This document shows, in pieces, positions 27,926 through 40,454 of a stretch of 64,000 nucleotides of DNA. The notes under the pieces were generated by a model that saw only the letters and a list, made by a program, of their open reading frames with translations, searched no databases and was not told where the DNA came from. Location of the stretch: positions 1-64,000 of the forward strand of contig JBDRQI010000011.1 in the NCBI GenBank assembly GCA_043826355.1, in the 5' to 3' direction. Every line of letters begins with the position of its first letter. Positions within the stretch are counted from its first letter, which is position 1. Origin of the DNA: Candidatus Omnitrophota bacterium (lineage in GTDB: Bacteria > Ratteibacteria > UBA8468 > MWAK01). The position numbers and the translations under genes are program-made.

Positions 27926-29155
27926 CTATGTTTTACCCAGCTCAAACGCTTTATGCAGGCTGCGGACCGCTTTTTGATGTTCTTTCTTACGGATAACGCA
28001 GGATATCTTAATCTCCGATGTGCTGATCATTTCAATATTAACCCCTGCCCGGCTTAAAGCGGAAAACATTCTGGCGGCCACGCCGGAATGGCTCTGCATT
28101 CCGATGCCGATGATGGAAATCTTGGCGATGTCAGAATCAACCGCGATTCCCTCTGCTTTAATCTCCTTGGCAATTTTCGCGGCAATCTGCCGGGTATTTT
28201 CCAGGTCTTCCGAGGGAACGGTAAAAGAAAGGTCGGTTTTTCCTTCCTTGCTTACGTTCTGGATAATCATATCCACGTTGATCTTCTTCGCGGCTACCGC
28301 GGTAAATATACGGGCCGCTATTCCGGGCCGGTCCGGTACAGCGAAGATGGATAGTTTGGCTTCCCGGTCGGTCCCGGTGACTGCGGAAATTAAAGGCTCT
28401 TCCAGGTTTTTTGTTCTCTTTTTCGTTTTCTCCGTAATCATCGTTCCTTCCCCTTCCCGAAAAGTTGATTTTACCAGAATAGTTACTTTGTTTTTTTGCC
28501 CGAACTCAACCGCCCGGGACTGCATTACGGCCGCCCCCGCCGATGCCATTTCCAGCGCTTCTTCATAAGATATCAGCGGAATGAGGCGGCTTTCCGGCTC
28601 TATCCTCGGGTCTGCGGTGAGGATTCCGGGTACGTCGGTATATATTTCGCAGATATCGGCTTCTAAACTCTTGGCCAGGGCAACTGCAGAGAGGTCACTG
28701 CCGCCTCTACCCAGGGTGGTTATCCGGTCATCCTCTGTTACGCCCTGAAAACCGGTTACCACCGCAACCGCACCCTTCTCCAGCGTTTCTTTTAACCGGG
28801 AAGTTTTTAAAAATTTGATTCGCGCCTTAGTGTGAGTGGTATCGGTTATTATGCCTGCTTCCCGACCGGTAAAGGTGCGGCTGGGTACGCCTATCTTTTG
28901 AAGGGCCATGGCCAGGAGACTGGCCGAAATCATCTCTCCGGTGGAAAGGAGCAGGTCCATCTCCGGTCCGCGTTCCAGATTACCCACCTGTGACGCCAGG
29001 GCAAGAAGATGGTCGGTGGTGTCGCCCATCGCCGAAACCACAACGGCAATCCGGTTCTTTCCCATCAGCCGTTTCTTAATCTTTTGCGCAACCCGGGTAA
29101 TTTTTTCCGCGCTGGATAGAGATGAACCACCAAATTTCTGGACAATTATCATCAT
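27926..29155 (-). CDS. lysC: Aspartate kinase
   Basis: VQKFGGSS, LGRGGSD, two ACT domains, ISTSEIKIS. Confidence 0.96.
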   Translation of the reverse strand: MMIIVQKFGGSSLSSAEKITRVAQKIKKRLMGKNRIAVVVSAMGDTTDHLLALASQVGNLERGPEMDLLLSTGEMISASLLAMALQKIGVPSRTFTGREAGIITDTTHTKARIKFLKTSRLKETLEKGAVAVVTGFQGVTEDDRITTLGRGGSDLSAVALAKSLEADICEIYTDVPGILTADPRIEPESRLIPLISYEEALEMASAGAAVMQSRAVEFGQKNKVTILVKSTFREGEGTMITEKTKKRTKNLEEPLISAVTGTDREAKLSIFAVPDRPGIAARIFTAVAAKKINVDMIIQNVSKEGKTDLSFTVPSEDLENTRQIAAKIAKEIKAEGIAVDSDIAKISIIGIGMQSHSGVAARMFSALSRAGVNIEMISTSEIKISCVIRKKEHQKAVRSLHKAFELGKT

Positions 29156-29886
29156 GAGCGCTGTCGGCATCTAATCAGGGCGATACCACCGATCAGCACA
29201 AACACAACGGCGTACCATTGCGTGGTGTAAAGCCCCAGAAAACCCGGCAACAGGTCGCCGCGCAGGCTGTCAACCGCCGACCTGATAAAACCGTAGAGGA
29301 TAAGATACCAGGCGGTTAATTCGCCCGGCTTTGTTTCATTACGGCTGAAGGCGTAAAGGATAAGGAAGAGCGCGGCATCAGCCAGAGCGTAATATAGTTC
29401 AGTTGGATGGACGTAATAGCCCAGAAAAGGAAAATTTACGGACCAGGGGAGGTTTGATGGTTTACCGTAACAACAGCCGTTGAAAAAACAGCCGACCCGG
29501 CCGATCGCCTGGCCTAACGGAAGGTAAAGGAAGAAATTATCCAGGACCGGTCGGACGGCAATTTTTTTCCGGCGCAGATAACATATGCCGCCGGCCAGGC
29601 CGAAGAGCAGGCCGCCCTGAATCGCCAGGCCGCCCCGGCGCAGCAGAAAAATTTCCCAAAAGTGACGCTGGTAGTATGACCATTCAGCCGTGATGTGAAT
29701 GAACCTGGCTCCCAGGATTCCGACCAGGATGGCCAGGAAGACAAGATTGTAAATAAGTTGTTCGGGGATACCAAGTTTTCGGCAACGGCGCAAACCCAGA
29801 AGAAAGGCAACGGTGATGCCGCCCGCCACAAAGAGGCCGTATGTATAGACCGTAAAACTTCCAATTTTAAAAAGTATCGGGTTCAT
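29152..29886 (-). CDS. lgt: Prolipoprotein diacylglyceryl transferase
   Basis: GAR..H, GGL...GG, QAIGRVGCFFNGCCYG, HPTELY. Confidence 0.93.
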   Translation of the reverse strand: MNPILFKIGSFTVYTYGLFVAGGITVAFLLGLRRCRKLGIPEQLIYNLVFLAILVGILGARFIHITAEWSYYQRHFWEIFLLRRGGLAIQGGLLFGLAGGICYLRRKKIAVRPVLDNFFLYLPLGQAIGRVGCFFNGCCYGKPSNLPWSVNFPFLGYYVHPTELYYALADAALFLILYAFSRNETKPGELTAWYLILYGFIRSAVDSLRGDLLPGFLGLYTTQWYAVVFVLIGGIALIRCRQRS

Positions 29887-29903
29887 TGTCTTTTTATTTT
29901 ACT

Positions 29904-30362
29904 TCATCCCCGGTCCTTTTCGCAAAATAAAATATTGGCGATGATGAATGTGGCGCCGAGGGTCAGGGCGGCGTCAGCCAGGTTGAAGGTTGGTATACGC
30001 CAGAGCAGGATAAAATCAAAGACGCGCCCCAAAAGAAGACGGTCTGCGAGGTTTCCAAACATGCCGCCCCAGACCAGCCCGATACCTGCCGCTAAAAGGC
30101 CGTCTTTTTTTTGGCTCTTTTTCCACAAGTCAAGCGTAAGGCAGCTTACCAGATAGGACAATAAGACGGTAATAATTTTGAGATATTTAGGGTACCAGAA
30201 ACCGAAGAAAAAACCGGGGTTGTAGAAAGGGGCTAATTCTAAAAAGCCGGGGATGATAACCCGGGGGCTGAAAAACTTCTCCCCCCAGAATTTTGTTGCC
30301 TGATCGCAGAAGAAAATCAATACTGACCAACGGAAGGGTGATCGCAGGGTCTGGTATGACAC
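29904..30362 (-). CDS. lspA: Lipoprotein signal peptidase II
   Basis: DQATK, N.G..FG, GNLADR, V.DF, FNLAD. Confidence 0.9.
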   Translation of the reverse strand: MSYQTLRSPFRWSVLIFFCDQATKFWGEKFFSPRVIIPGFLELAPFYNPGFFFGFWYPKYLKIITVLLSYLVSCLTLDLWKKSQKKDGLLAAGIGLVWGGMFGNLADRLLLGRVFDFILLWRIPTFNLADAALTLGATFIIANILFCEKDRG

Positions 30363-30365
30363 AAT

Positions 30366-30728
30366 TCAAAACTCCATTTTCGCCTGACACCCGAAACAGT
30401 GTCTGGCTTGAGGTACGGCGGTCAAGCGCTTGACCTCAATCTTTGCACCGCACTTCTCGCATCTTCCGTATTTTCCTTTATCAATTCTGACAAGAGCTTC
30501 TTCCACCTCTCGCAGGGAAGTGTTTTCCTCGGTGACCAGTCCCAGGTTTAAATCCCGCTCAAAATTATCGGTGCCCAGGTCAGCCGGGTGAGTGGTAATA
30601 CCGCCCAGGTCCGAATCTCTTTCGGTATTCAAAAGCCCGTTGCTTTTCAGATCGGAAAGGCTCTTCAGAATGCGCGCGTACTCTTTCTCCAGAGTTTTGC
30701 GGTATTTTTCCAGTTCTTTTTTATCCAT
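30366..30728 (-). CDS. DksA/TraR C4 zinc-finger protein
   Basis: HPADLGTD, ALVRI..G.YGRCEKCG...RL.A.P.A..C..C. Confidence 0.88.
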   Translation of the reverse strand: MDKKELEKYRKTLEKEYARILKSLSDLKSNGLLNTERDSDLGGITTHPADLGTDNFERDLNLGLVTEENTSLREVEEALVRIDKGKYGRCEKCGAKIEVKRLTAVPQARHCFGCQAKMEF

Positions 30729-30861
30729 TATGTATGTTTCAATGTTTTATAGTTGCCGGGCTTGCCTCGCGCGGCGCCGCAAATTAAATTAATTTAGAAA
30801 TTTTACCATCAAAAACGGTTTCCGTCAAGAGGGAGGAGTGGAAAATATTGCGGTTTGCCTC

Positions 30862-32933
<2,072 letters not shown>

Positions 32934-32969
32934 AAACTATATTCTCCCCGCTAAAAAAACGCGCATGTT

Positions 32970-33824
32970 TCACAATCCCTGCCTGTTAGTCAAAAAACGT
33001 TTCAGGGCATCCTGCCAGTCCGGCATTTGGAAATTCAGGAAATTTTCCAGGACTGAATTTCTCAACACGGAATAAGCGGGGCGCGCCGCGGCCCTCTTGA
33101 GTTCTTTGAAGCTGATTGGTTGGACCGGGTTATCCTTTCCGGCTTCCTTTAAAATGGCGACTGCAAACCCAAACCGGGAAGTGCTGCCCCGATTGGCGAC
33201 GTGGTAAATTCCGTATTCGCCGTTTTTGATAATTTTAATTATACCCTGACATAAATCATTCGTCAAAGTAGGGGAACCGGTTTGGTCGTTAACAACCCGC
33301 AACTCTTTCCCTTTTTTTGCCTGGTCCAGAATAGCCGCCGGAAAATTATTGCCGTGTTTTCCGAAAAGCCAGGAAGTGCGGATGATGAAGAATTTACGGA
33401 GCAGGCCGCTGACGTAAAATTCCCCGGCTAGTTTGGAACGGCCGTAAACCTGAATCGGGTTAGCCGGGTCGTGTTCCCGGTAGGGCAATCTCTTTTTGCC
33501 GTCAAATACAAAATCAGTGGAAATATACACCAGGGGTATCTTCAAGTCGGCGCAGGCGGCAGCCACGTTAGCCGTTCCCTGGGTGTTAACCTCCAGGGCC
33601 TTTTCCGGCCATTTTTCGCAGCCATCTACATCAGTGTAGGCGGCGGTATGGATAATCAGGTCCGGCCGGATGGCGGTTATCGTTTTAACGGCATCGTTTT
33701 TTTGCGTAATCTTAAATTCCGGCAAGTCAAGGCCAACCGGGTTGAACGAAGGAGCGAGGGACGCCATCAGGTCAGTACCTAACATTCCCCGGTGTCCGGT
33801 TATCAGAATTTTTAGTTTTTTCAC
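32970..33824 (-). CDS. rfbD: dTDP-4-dehydrorhamnose reductase
   Basis: G..GMLG, AAYTDVD, ISTDFVFDG, YGRSK, DQ.GSPT. Confidence 0.93.
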   Translation of the reverse strand: MKKLKILITGHRGMLGTDLMASLAPSFNPVGLDLPEFKITQKNDAVKTITAIRPDLIIHTAAYTDVDGCEKWPEKALEVNTQGTANVAAACADLKIPLVYISTDFVFDGKKRLPYREHDPANPIQVYGRSKLAGEFYVSGLLRKFFIIRTSWLFGKHGNNFPAAILDQAKKGKELRVVNDQTGSPTLTNDLCQGIIKIIKNGEYGIYHVANRGSTSRFGFAVAILKEAGKDNPVQPISFKELKRAAARPAYSVLRNSVLENFLNFQMPDWQDALKRFLTNRQGL

Positions 33825-33835
33825 AAATATTCCTG

Positions 33836-34771
33836 TTAGTTACGGTGGGTCCGGTACCAGTCGGTGGTGACTTTCAGCCCTTCTTGAAAATTAACGACGG
33901 GTTGCCAGCCGAGGGTCTTGATTCTATCCCGGTTGACCGCGTAACGCCAGTCATGGCCAGGCCGGTCCGGCACATTTTGAATCAGGGAGAGCGGCGCATC
34001 CAGCAAAGTGAGAATTGATTTTGCTACTTCTCTATTTGTTAAATTATTCCCGGACCCGATGTTATAGGCCAGTCCTTCTTTGCCCTGGCGTAAGACCAGG
34101 TCTATCGCCCGGCAATTATCTTCCACAAAGAGCCAATCACGCTGATTTTTGCCGTTGCCGTAAAGAGGCACCGGCTTACCGGAGAGAGCCAGGGAGATGA
34201 AGAGCGGAATCAACTTTTCCGGATACTGCCTGGGTCCGTAATTATTAGTACTGCGGGTAATCAGGACCGGCAGGTGATAGGTGGTGTGATAAGCAAGGCA
34301 CAGGAGGTCTGCCGCCGCCTTGCTGGCGGAATACGGGGATGAGGGCCGCAGGAACGCTTCTTCGTCGGCAGAACCTTGTGCGATACTACCGTAACATTCA
34401 TCGGTTGAAATTTGGACAAAGCGGGGAATTTTTAATTTTCGGCAGGCTTCCAGCATAACACCGACCCCGAGAAAATTTGTTTGTAAGAACGGTTCCGGTC
34501 CGTTAATGCTTCGGTCAACGTGGCTTTCGGCTGCAAAATTGACCACCGCGTCGCAGCCGTCCATAATTTCAGAGACCAGTTTTTTGTCGCAGATATCACC
34601 CCGGACAAACGAATAGTTGCGGCTGTCGGCTATTTCCGCAATATTGGCCGGGTTTCCGGCGTAGGTAAGTTTATCCAGGTTGACTATGGAATCGCCCGGG
34701 TGTTTTTGCAAGACGTGGATTATGAAATTAGAGCCGATAAAACCGCAACCGCCGGTAACCAGTATTTTCAT
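33836..34771 (-). CDS. rfbB: dTDP-glucose 4,6-dehydratase
   Basis: GGCGFIGSN, AAESHVDRSI, PYSASKAAAD, DRPGHD.RY. Confidence 0.95.
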   Translation of the reverse strand: MKILVTGGCGFIGSNFIIHVLQKHPGDSIVNLDKLTYAGNPANIAEIADSRNYSFVRGDICDKKLVSEIMDGCDAVVNFAAESHVDRSINGPEPFLQTNFLGVGVMLEACRKLKIPRFVQISTDECYGSIAQGSADEEAFLRPSSPYSASKAAADLLCLAYHTTYHLPVLITRSTNNYGPRQYPEKLIPLFISLALSGKPVPLYGNGKNQRDWLFVEDNCRAIDLVLRQGKEGLAYNIGSGNNLTNREVAKSILTLLDAPLSLIQNVPDRPGHDWRYAVNRDRIKTLGWQPVVNFQEGLKVTTDWYRTHRN

Positions 34772-35487
34772 CGTTTCTTTTTGGCAACCAGGATATTCGC
34801 CATAAGCAGGGATTCAAAGGTACCGGCATCGGTCCACCATCCCTTCAGAAAGTCGAAGGTCAGTTCTCCTTTGTTCAGGTACCAGTTGTTTACGTCGGTA
34901 ATCTCCATTTCGCCGCGTCCGGAAGGTTTCAGCTGGCTGATTATTTTAAAGACCTGTCGGTCGTAAAAATAGATGCCGGTGACCGCATAGTTACTTGGCG
35001 GTATTTTTGGTTTTTCAATGATTTTCACTATCTTCTCGTTGCGAATCCGGGCGCAGCCGAACCTTTCCGGATGCGGAACCTTTTTCAGGATAATCTTGGC
35101 GCCCCTTTTTTGTTTTTCGTAGGCAGCGACAAAGGGGCGGATGGAACTTTCGATGATGTTATCGCCGAGCATTACCGCCAGCTTTTCTTTGCCGGCAAAG
35201 TCCTCGGCTAGTTTCAGCGCGGCCGCGATTCCGCCTTCGCCTTCCTGGTAGGTATAGTGAATATGCTTCAAGCCGAATTCGGAACCGTTTCCCAGGAGCC
35301 GGAGAAATTCTCCGGCGTAAACGCCGCCGGTTACAATCAGTATTTCGGTTATACCCGCCTCAACCAGGGTCTGCAGAGGATAATAAACCATGGGTTTGTT
35401 GAATACCGGCAGGAGATGTTTGTTGGTGATTTTGGTTAAAGGAGCGAGGCGGCTTCCGGTTCCTCCGGCCAGGATTACGCCTTTCAT
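34768..35487 (-). CDS. rfbA: Glucose-1-phosphate thymidylyltransferase (short form)
   Basis: GVILAGGTGSRL.P.T...NKHLLP, RGEMEITD, WWTDAGT. Confidence 0.88.
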   Translation of the reverse strand: MKGVILAGGTGSRLAPLTKITNKHLLPVFNKPMVYYPLQTLVEAGITEILIVTGGVYAGEFLRLLGNGSEFGLKHIHYTYQEGEGGIAAALKLAEDFAGKEKLAVMLGDNIIESSIRPFVAAYEKQKRGAKIILKKVPHPERFGCARIRNEKIVKIIEKPKIPPSNYAVTGIYFYDRQVFKIISQLKPSGRGEMEITDVNNWYLNKGELTFDFLKGWWTDAGTFESLLMANILVAKKKR

Positions 35488-35939
35488 CGTTCTTTGCGCT
35501 CCCAGGCGTAAGGAATTTTCCGGCTGTGCGGGTCAACCCGGAATTCATCGGGCTGCTTGTAGTGATAGGGTTTGTCGGGAACGTTGATAACCAGGGCTTC
35601 TTCCGGGCTGATGCACTTGAATCCGTGACAAACAAGGGGCGGTATCTGGATGAGGATAGGATTCTGTTCGCCGGCAAAGAATTCGTTGATTTCGCCTTTG
35701 GTGGTTGAAGACTTGCGGCTGTCGTAAAGCACAATCTTCATCATCCCCTTGACCACGGTCATATTGTCCGTTTGTTTCTTGTGGTAATGCCATCCTTTGA
35801 CTACACCCGGGTAGGCGGTGGTCAGATAAACTTGTCCGAAACCGGAAAATAACGAATCGTCCCGGCGCAAAATTTCCATCACCCGGCCCCGTTCGTCCGG
35901 CAAAACCTTAAGATTTTTTACCTTTACCCCATTTATCAT
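35484..35939 (-). CDS. rfbC: dTDP-4-dehydrorhamnose 3,5-epimerase family (cupin)
   Basis: DERG...E, GVVKGWHYH, IPP.V.HGF; operon context. Confidence 0.85.
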   Translation of the reverse strand: MINGVKVKNLKVLPDERGRVMEILRRDDSLFSGFGQVYLTTAYPGVVKGWHYHKKQTDNMTVVKGMMKIVLYDSRKSSTTKGEINEFFAGEQNPILIQIPPLVCHGFKCISPEEALVINVPDKPYHYKQPDEFRVDPHSRKIPYAWERKER

Positions 35940-36026
35940 AGATAGCGCTCGCAATTTTTTAAGTTCAGATTAGCATATTTTCGCGTCAGGTGTCAATCTG
36001 ATGATTTATGCTAAAATAGTAAGGCA

Positions 36027-36288
36027 ATGTTTATCGGGGATTTTTTCAAGAGGAGGGTTGGAGTCAGCCGGAACGTCTTTGCGCTTGGCGTTGTCAGTTT
36101 TTTTAAATGACATTGCCTCGGAGATGCTCTATCCGGTTGTACCGATCTTCCTGACGACCACCTTGAGCGCGCCGGTTGCCGGTTTTTTATGGACGTATGT
36201 CAGTCCACAGGCGCCTTTTATTTTTGGTAGTATCATGGCATTGACTGCCTGTTTTATTTTTGTGGCATGGGGGAGACGCAAATGCTGA
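36027..36288 (+). pseudogene. MFS transporter remnant (first and last helices only)
   Basis: SRNVFALGVVSF, +1 frameshift in a T7 run, then LNDIASEMLYPVVPIFLT joined directly to a C-terminal AGFLW...APFIFG. Confidence 0.75.
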
Positions 36289-36827
36289 ATAATGAAGAAC
36301 GGGATTTTTTGCTCAAACTGGCGCGAAATGCCATTAAGGTTTATCTGGAAACCGGCCAAACGGAAATTATACCTGCAACGGACCCGTTGCTGAAGGAGGG
36401 CCGGGGCGCTTTCGTGACTTTGCATAAGGGGGCAGAACTGCGCGGCTGTATCGGATTCCTGGAATCCGGGAAGCCATTATACGAAACCGTGTGTGAAATG
36501 GCAGTTGAAGCGGCGGTCAATGACCCCAGGTTTCCGCCGGTTTCCCTTCTTGAACTTGCCGGTCTTCGGATTGAGATTTCAGTTCTCACCAGGCCGGTTA
36601 AAGTTTTCGGACCGGAAGCGATTGTAATGAAGCGGGATGGGGTGATTGTACGCCGGGGAAACTGTCAGGGTGTATTCCTGCCCCAGGTGGCCGAAGAAAC
36701 CGGGTGGGATAAGGAAAAATTTCTATCGGTTCTTTGCGTTCATAAGGCAGGTTTGCCGGACGACGCCTGGAAAGAGAAGGATACGGAACTTTACACATTC
36801 CAAGTCGAGGTCTTTTCCGAAGAGTAG
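36282..36827 (+). CDS. AMMECR1-domain protein (AmmeMemoRadiSam protein A)
   Basis: GAFVTL...LRGCIG, DPRFPPV, EISVLT, FLPQVA.E.GW. Confidence 0.92.
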   Translation: MLNNEERDFLLKLARNAIKVYLETGQTEIIPATDPLLKEGRGAFVTLHKGAELRGCIGFLESGKPLYETVCEMAVEAAVNDPRFPPVSLLELAGLRIEISVLTRPVKVFGPEAIVMKRDGVIVRRGNCQGVFLPQVAEETGWDKEKFLSVLCVHKAGLPDDAWKEKDTELYTFQVEVFSEE

Positions 36828-36837
36828 AAAACGTCCC

Positions 36838-37953
36838 TCACCTTTGTCTTTTCCCCGGCGGGGAGAGGGGTGGGTGAGGGGAAAGGTCGGAAAGGATAAG
36901 GGCGACGATGCGTTTGGCCGGTTCCGGGTGGGAAAGCCGCCGGCCGGCTTCCGCCATCAGATTCAATTTCGGTCGATCACCGGCCAGCGCCTTGATTTCC
37001 CGGGCGAGTTTTTCACCGCTGAGTGATGACTCTTCCCGTAAGATCGCGGCACCGCGTTCCGCCAGGCAGTTTGCGTTCAGACGCTGGTGGTCTTCGGCGG
37101 CAAACGGGTATGGTATCAGGATTGAAGGCAGGCCGAAAAAATTCAGTTCCGCAATTGTCGTTGCGCCGGCCCGGCAGATAACCAGGTCTGCGGCCGAGTA
37201 GAGCAGCCCCATTTCCGAAAAGAAACTTTTTACATAATTCTGGAAATTTTTTCTTTTGTACGCGACAATCACCCCGGTAAGGTCATTGGCTCCGGTGAGA
37301 TGTATGAATTGAACTTCCCCGGGGGAAAGATAGTCAAGGCTTTCGCTGATTTTCAGATTGATGCGGTGGGCGCCCTGGCTTCCGCCCAGAACGAGAACCG
37401 TAAATTTTTGTTCGTTAATTTTAAGTTTTTGCCTCGCGGCGCCCTTTTCGTTTTTTTCCTCAAAAAGTCGCACGGGGTTTCCGAATTCCATTATTCTTTT
37501 TGTCCGGAGATAGCGGGAGCTTTCCGGAAATGAAGTAAAAACCGCGGAACTTACCCGGCTGAAAGTTCTGGTTACCTTGCCGGGCAGGAGATTTTGTTCG
37601 CAGAAATAGAGAGGTATGCGAAGGAGCGCGGCAATGGATGCCGGTGCGGCGCAGGCGTATCCGCCCATTCCGATTACCGCCGCCGGACGGAACCGCAATA
37701 AACAGGCGGCCGCCGAAAAAAAAGCCCGGCCGGCCTTAAAAGGAAAAAAAATAAACCCGGTTTTTTTTTCCGGCAGCCGGACAACGGATATCTCCCGGAA
37801 AGGTACGCCGGCTTTGTAAAATTCAACCCGGAGCATGGCGGTGGTTCTGCCGATTACCAGGATTGTAACGCCGGCAGATTTGAATTTTTGGGCGAGCGCC
37901 AGCGCTGGAAAAAGGTGTCCGCCGGTCCCGCCGGCCGCAATTATTATCCTCAT
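36838..37953 (-). CDS. murG: Peptidoglycan GlcNAc transferase MurG
   Basis: GGTGGH.FP, GGY, EQN, GNPVR, GGSQGA, RAGATT, HQ..NA. Confidence 0.96.
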   Translation of the reverse strand: MRIIIAAGGTGGHLFPALALAQKFKSAGVTILVIGRTTAMLRVEFYKAGVPFREISVVRLPEKKTGFIFFPFKAGRAFFSAAACLLRFRPAAVIGMGGYACAAPASIAALLRIPLYFCEQNLLPGKVTRTFSRVSSAVFTSFPESSRYLRTKRIMEFGNPVRLFEEKNEKGAARQKLKINEQKFTVLVLGGSQGAHRINLKISESLDYLSPGEVQFIHLTGANDLTGVIVAYKRKNFQNYVKSFFSEMGLLYSAADLVICRAGATTIAELNFFGLPSILIPYPFAAEDHQRLNANCLAERGAAILREESSLSGEKLAREIKALAGDRPKLNLMAEAGRRLSHPEPAKRIVALILSDLSPHPPLSPPGKRQR

Positions 37954-39071
37954 ATCCGGAAGTCCTCCGGCGGTAATCGGCGGGTGATATTGACCAGGAG
38001 ACCGGCCGCAAAGAGAGTGCAGAGCAGGGAACTTCCTCCGTAACTGATAAAAGGCAGAGTGGCTCCCTTGGTGGGCAGAAGGCCTATGACCACACCGACA
38101 TTGAGGATGATTTGTAATCCGATTAGACCGGTTATGCCTGCGGCCAGAATGGATTGAAAGCGGTCAGTGCTGCGTTTTGCCGTCTGGATGCCCCAATGGA
38201 TTAGAAAAAAGAAAAGCGCGATAAAGAACACGGAACCAAAGAGACCCAATTCTTCGGCGATGTTGGCAAAGATGAAATCGGTGTGTGCTTCCGGCAGGTA
38301 AAAAAGCTTCTGGCGTCCCTGGCCCAGGCCGACACCGAAAAGCCCGCCGTTCCCGACGCCGAGAAACGATTGGAGTATCTGGTAATCCCTTCCGGTCGGG
38401 TCGGTCCCGGGATGCAGAAAAGAAAGTATTCGTGTCCAGCGGTACGGTTCTTTCCAGATAGCCAGGCCGGCCCCAACCATTAGTGTTAGTGCCATAATAC
38501 CTAAATATTTCAGCGGCGCACCGGCTATAAAGTAGAGCAGAATTACAACTCCGGCTATGATCACTACGGTTCCGAGGTCCTGTCCCAGGTAGATTAAAAC
38601 CATCATCAGCCCGATTAACAGACCGGGCGGCATAAACGAGAGAAGGGGGTTTTGGATTTTACTGTTTTTCCGGTCCAGGAAATCGGCAAGATAGATTAAA
38701 ATCGCAATTTTGGCGAATTCCGAGGGCTGAAAAGAGAACTGTCCGATTCCCAACCATCGCCTGGCTCCGTTAATTTCTTTACCGAAAATTAAGACTGCGG
38801 CCAGGAGAATCAAGGCGGCCAATAGTATTGAACGGGAAAAGCGGCGCAGGTTTTCCATCGGAATTCTTTGCGCAAAGAGAAAGGCGATAAAACCGAGCGC
38901 CGCAAAGAGAATTTCCTTTTTCAGAAAGTAGTAGGGGCTGCCGTGTTTTAAGGCGAAAGTTGTATTGGCCACTACTACCACGCCCAGACCGGTCAGCGCA
39001 AGGACAAGAGCGGTCAGTTTACGATAGAGTGGCCAGGACGGCTTTCTTAAAAATATCTCCCCGTTCGCCAT
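37950..39071 (-). CDS. ftsW: Cell division peptidoglycan polymerase FtsW (start uncertain)
   Basis: GARRW...QPSEFAK, DLGT, LPEAHTDFIF, LPFISYGGSS; between murD and murG. Confidence 0.93.
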   Translation of the reverse strand: MANGEIFLRKPSWPLYRKLTALVLALTGLGVVVVANTTFALKHGSPYYFLKKEILFAALGFIAFLFAQRIPMENLRRFSRSILLAALILLAAVLIFGKEINGARRWLGIGQFSFQPSEFAKIAILIYLADFLDRKNSKIQNPLLSFMPPGLLIGLMMVLIYLGQDLGTVVIIAGVVILLYFIAGAPLKYLGIMALTLMVGAGLAIWKEPYRWTRILSFLHPGTDPTGRDYQILQSFLGVGNGGLFGVGLGQGRQKLFYLPEAHTDFIFANIAEELGLFGSVFFIALFFFLIHWGIQTAKRSTDRFQSILAAGITGLIGLQIILNVGVVIGLLPTKGATLPFISYGGSSLLCTLFAAGLLVNITRRLPPEDFRI

Positions 39072-40371
39072 AACTTTTAAACATATCAAAACTGGAGCAG
39101 GCCGGTGACAGAAGGACAATGTCACCCGCCGCGGCCAGCGAGTTAGCCGCCCGGACGCATTCCGGCAGGGTTTTCATTTTTTTGATCAAGCATAATCCGT
39201 GCAGTTCCGTTGCGATACGGTCGGTTGCTTCACCGAACAGAATCAGTGCTTTTACTTTCTTTCTTATCTCCGGTTTCAAGGGGAGGTAGGAACCCCCTTT
39301 GTCTTTGCCGCCCAGAATGATGATGAGGCGTTTTTCTTCTTCGGGGAAAGCCTGTAATGCCCGCCGGGTTGAGTCAACGTTGGTGGCTTTGGAGTCGTCA
39401 ATATATTTTACACCATTATTCTCTGCAATCAGTTCCAGCCGGTGGCCCAGGGGCCGGAAATTCCTGATGCCTTTTGCCATTGAGTTTGGTCCGGCTCCAA
39501 AAAGATGGGCCGCTGCGCAAACCGCAAGCATATTTTCATGGTTGTGTCCGCCCCACAGCCGGCTTTCCGGGAATTCCAGGAGCGGTTTGCCGTCCGGCCG
39601 GAAAATAGTCTTCCCGTCCGTAAAAAACTTTCTGTCCGGGTCCCGGCGGCTGTAGTAGTAAACCCGCGCTCTTATTTTCCGGGCTATTTTTCGGCAAATC
39701 GGGTCGTCATAATTTATAACCGCAGTATCTTCCGGGCCCTGGTTTTCAAACAGGCGTGCTTTGGCGGCAAAGTAAGATTCGAAATTCGGGTAACGGTCCA
39801 GGTGGTCTGCGGTAACGTTAAGAAGAATTGCAATCTTCGGTCGGAATTTTTCAATCCATTCCAATTGGAAACTGCTTACTTCCAGTACGACCGCATCTTT
39901 TTGGGTCAGTTTTTCCACGATTGAAATAAACGGAGTTCCGATATTGCCGGCCAGAGAAACTTTTTTACCCGCGGCTTTCAGAATGTCAAAAAGGAGAGTG
40001 ACCGCGGTGCTTTTGCCGTTGGTGCCGGTAACAGTCAGGATTGGAACCGGACAGAAACGATAAGCCAATTCCATTTCGCTCCAGACCGGCACCTTGTTTT
40101 TTAACGCAGACTGCAAGGGCAGGGTTTCCGGCGCTACGCCCGGGCTGGTTACCACCAGGTCAACGGAGGAAATGAATTTCCCGGAGTGACGACCCAACTC
40201 TACTTCAATGCCGTATGCTTCCAAAATCTTTTTCTTTTCTTTCAGTTCCGGACCATCAGCCGCTTCGGTCAGCCGTACCAGCGCGCCTTTTTTCTGCAGG
40301 AAGAGGGCGCTGGTCTCTCCGCTCCTGCCCAGGCCTACCACCAGAACCTTTTTTCCAGTAAGGTTAATCAT
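39019..40371 (-). CDS. murD: UDP-MurNAc-L-Ala-D-Glu ligase
   Basis: GLGRSG, VTGTNGKST, EVSSFQLE, DHLDRY, DSKATN, LSPACSSFD. Confidence 0.97.
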   Translation of the reverse strand: MINLTGKKVLVVGLGRSGETSALFLQKKGALVRLTEAADGPELKEKKKILEAYGIEVELGRHSGKFISSVDLVVTSPGVAPETLPLQSALKNKVPVWSEMELAYRFCPVPILTVTGTNGKSTAVTLLFDILKAAGKKVSLAGNIGTPFISIVEKLTQKDAVVLEVSSFQLEWIEKFRPKIAILLNVTADHLDRYPNFESYFAAKARLFENQGPEDTAVINYDDPICRKIARKIRARVYYYSRRDPDRKFFTDGKTIFRPDGKPLLEFPESRLWGGHNHENMLAVCAAAHLFGAGPNSMAKGIRNFRPLGHRLELIAENNGVKYIDDSKATNVDSTRRALQAFPEEEKRLIIILGGKDKGGSYLPLKPEIRKKVKALILFGEATDRIATELHGLCLIKKMKTLPECVRAANSLAAAGDIVLLSPACSSFDMFKSYGERGDIFKKAVLATLS

Positions 40372-40376
40372 ATGGA

Positions 40377-40444
40377 TGTCATTCTGAGTGAAACGAAGAA
40401 TCCCTTTTTTAACTACCAGACCCTTCGCGCCGCTTAGGGTGACA
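40377..40444. repeat. Palindromic mini-element (TGTCATTCTGAG...GAAGAATC / ...GGGTGACA family)
   Basis: Relatives at 31251-31284, 58163-58316, 61500-61553 and 63191-63264. Confidence 0.8.
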
Positions 40445-40454
40445 GATTTTTTGT

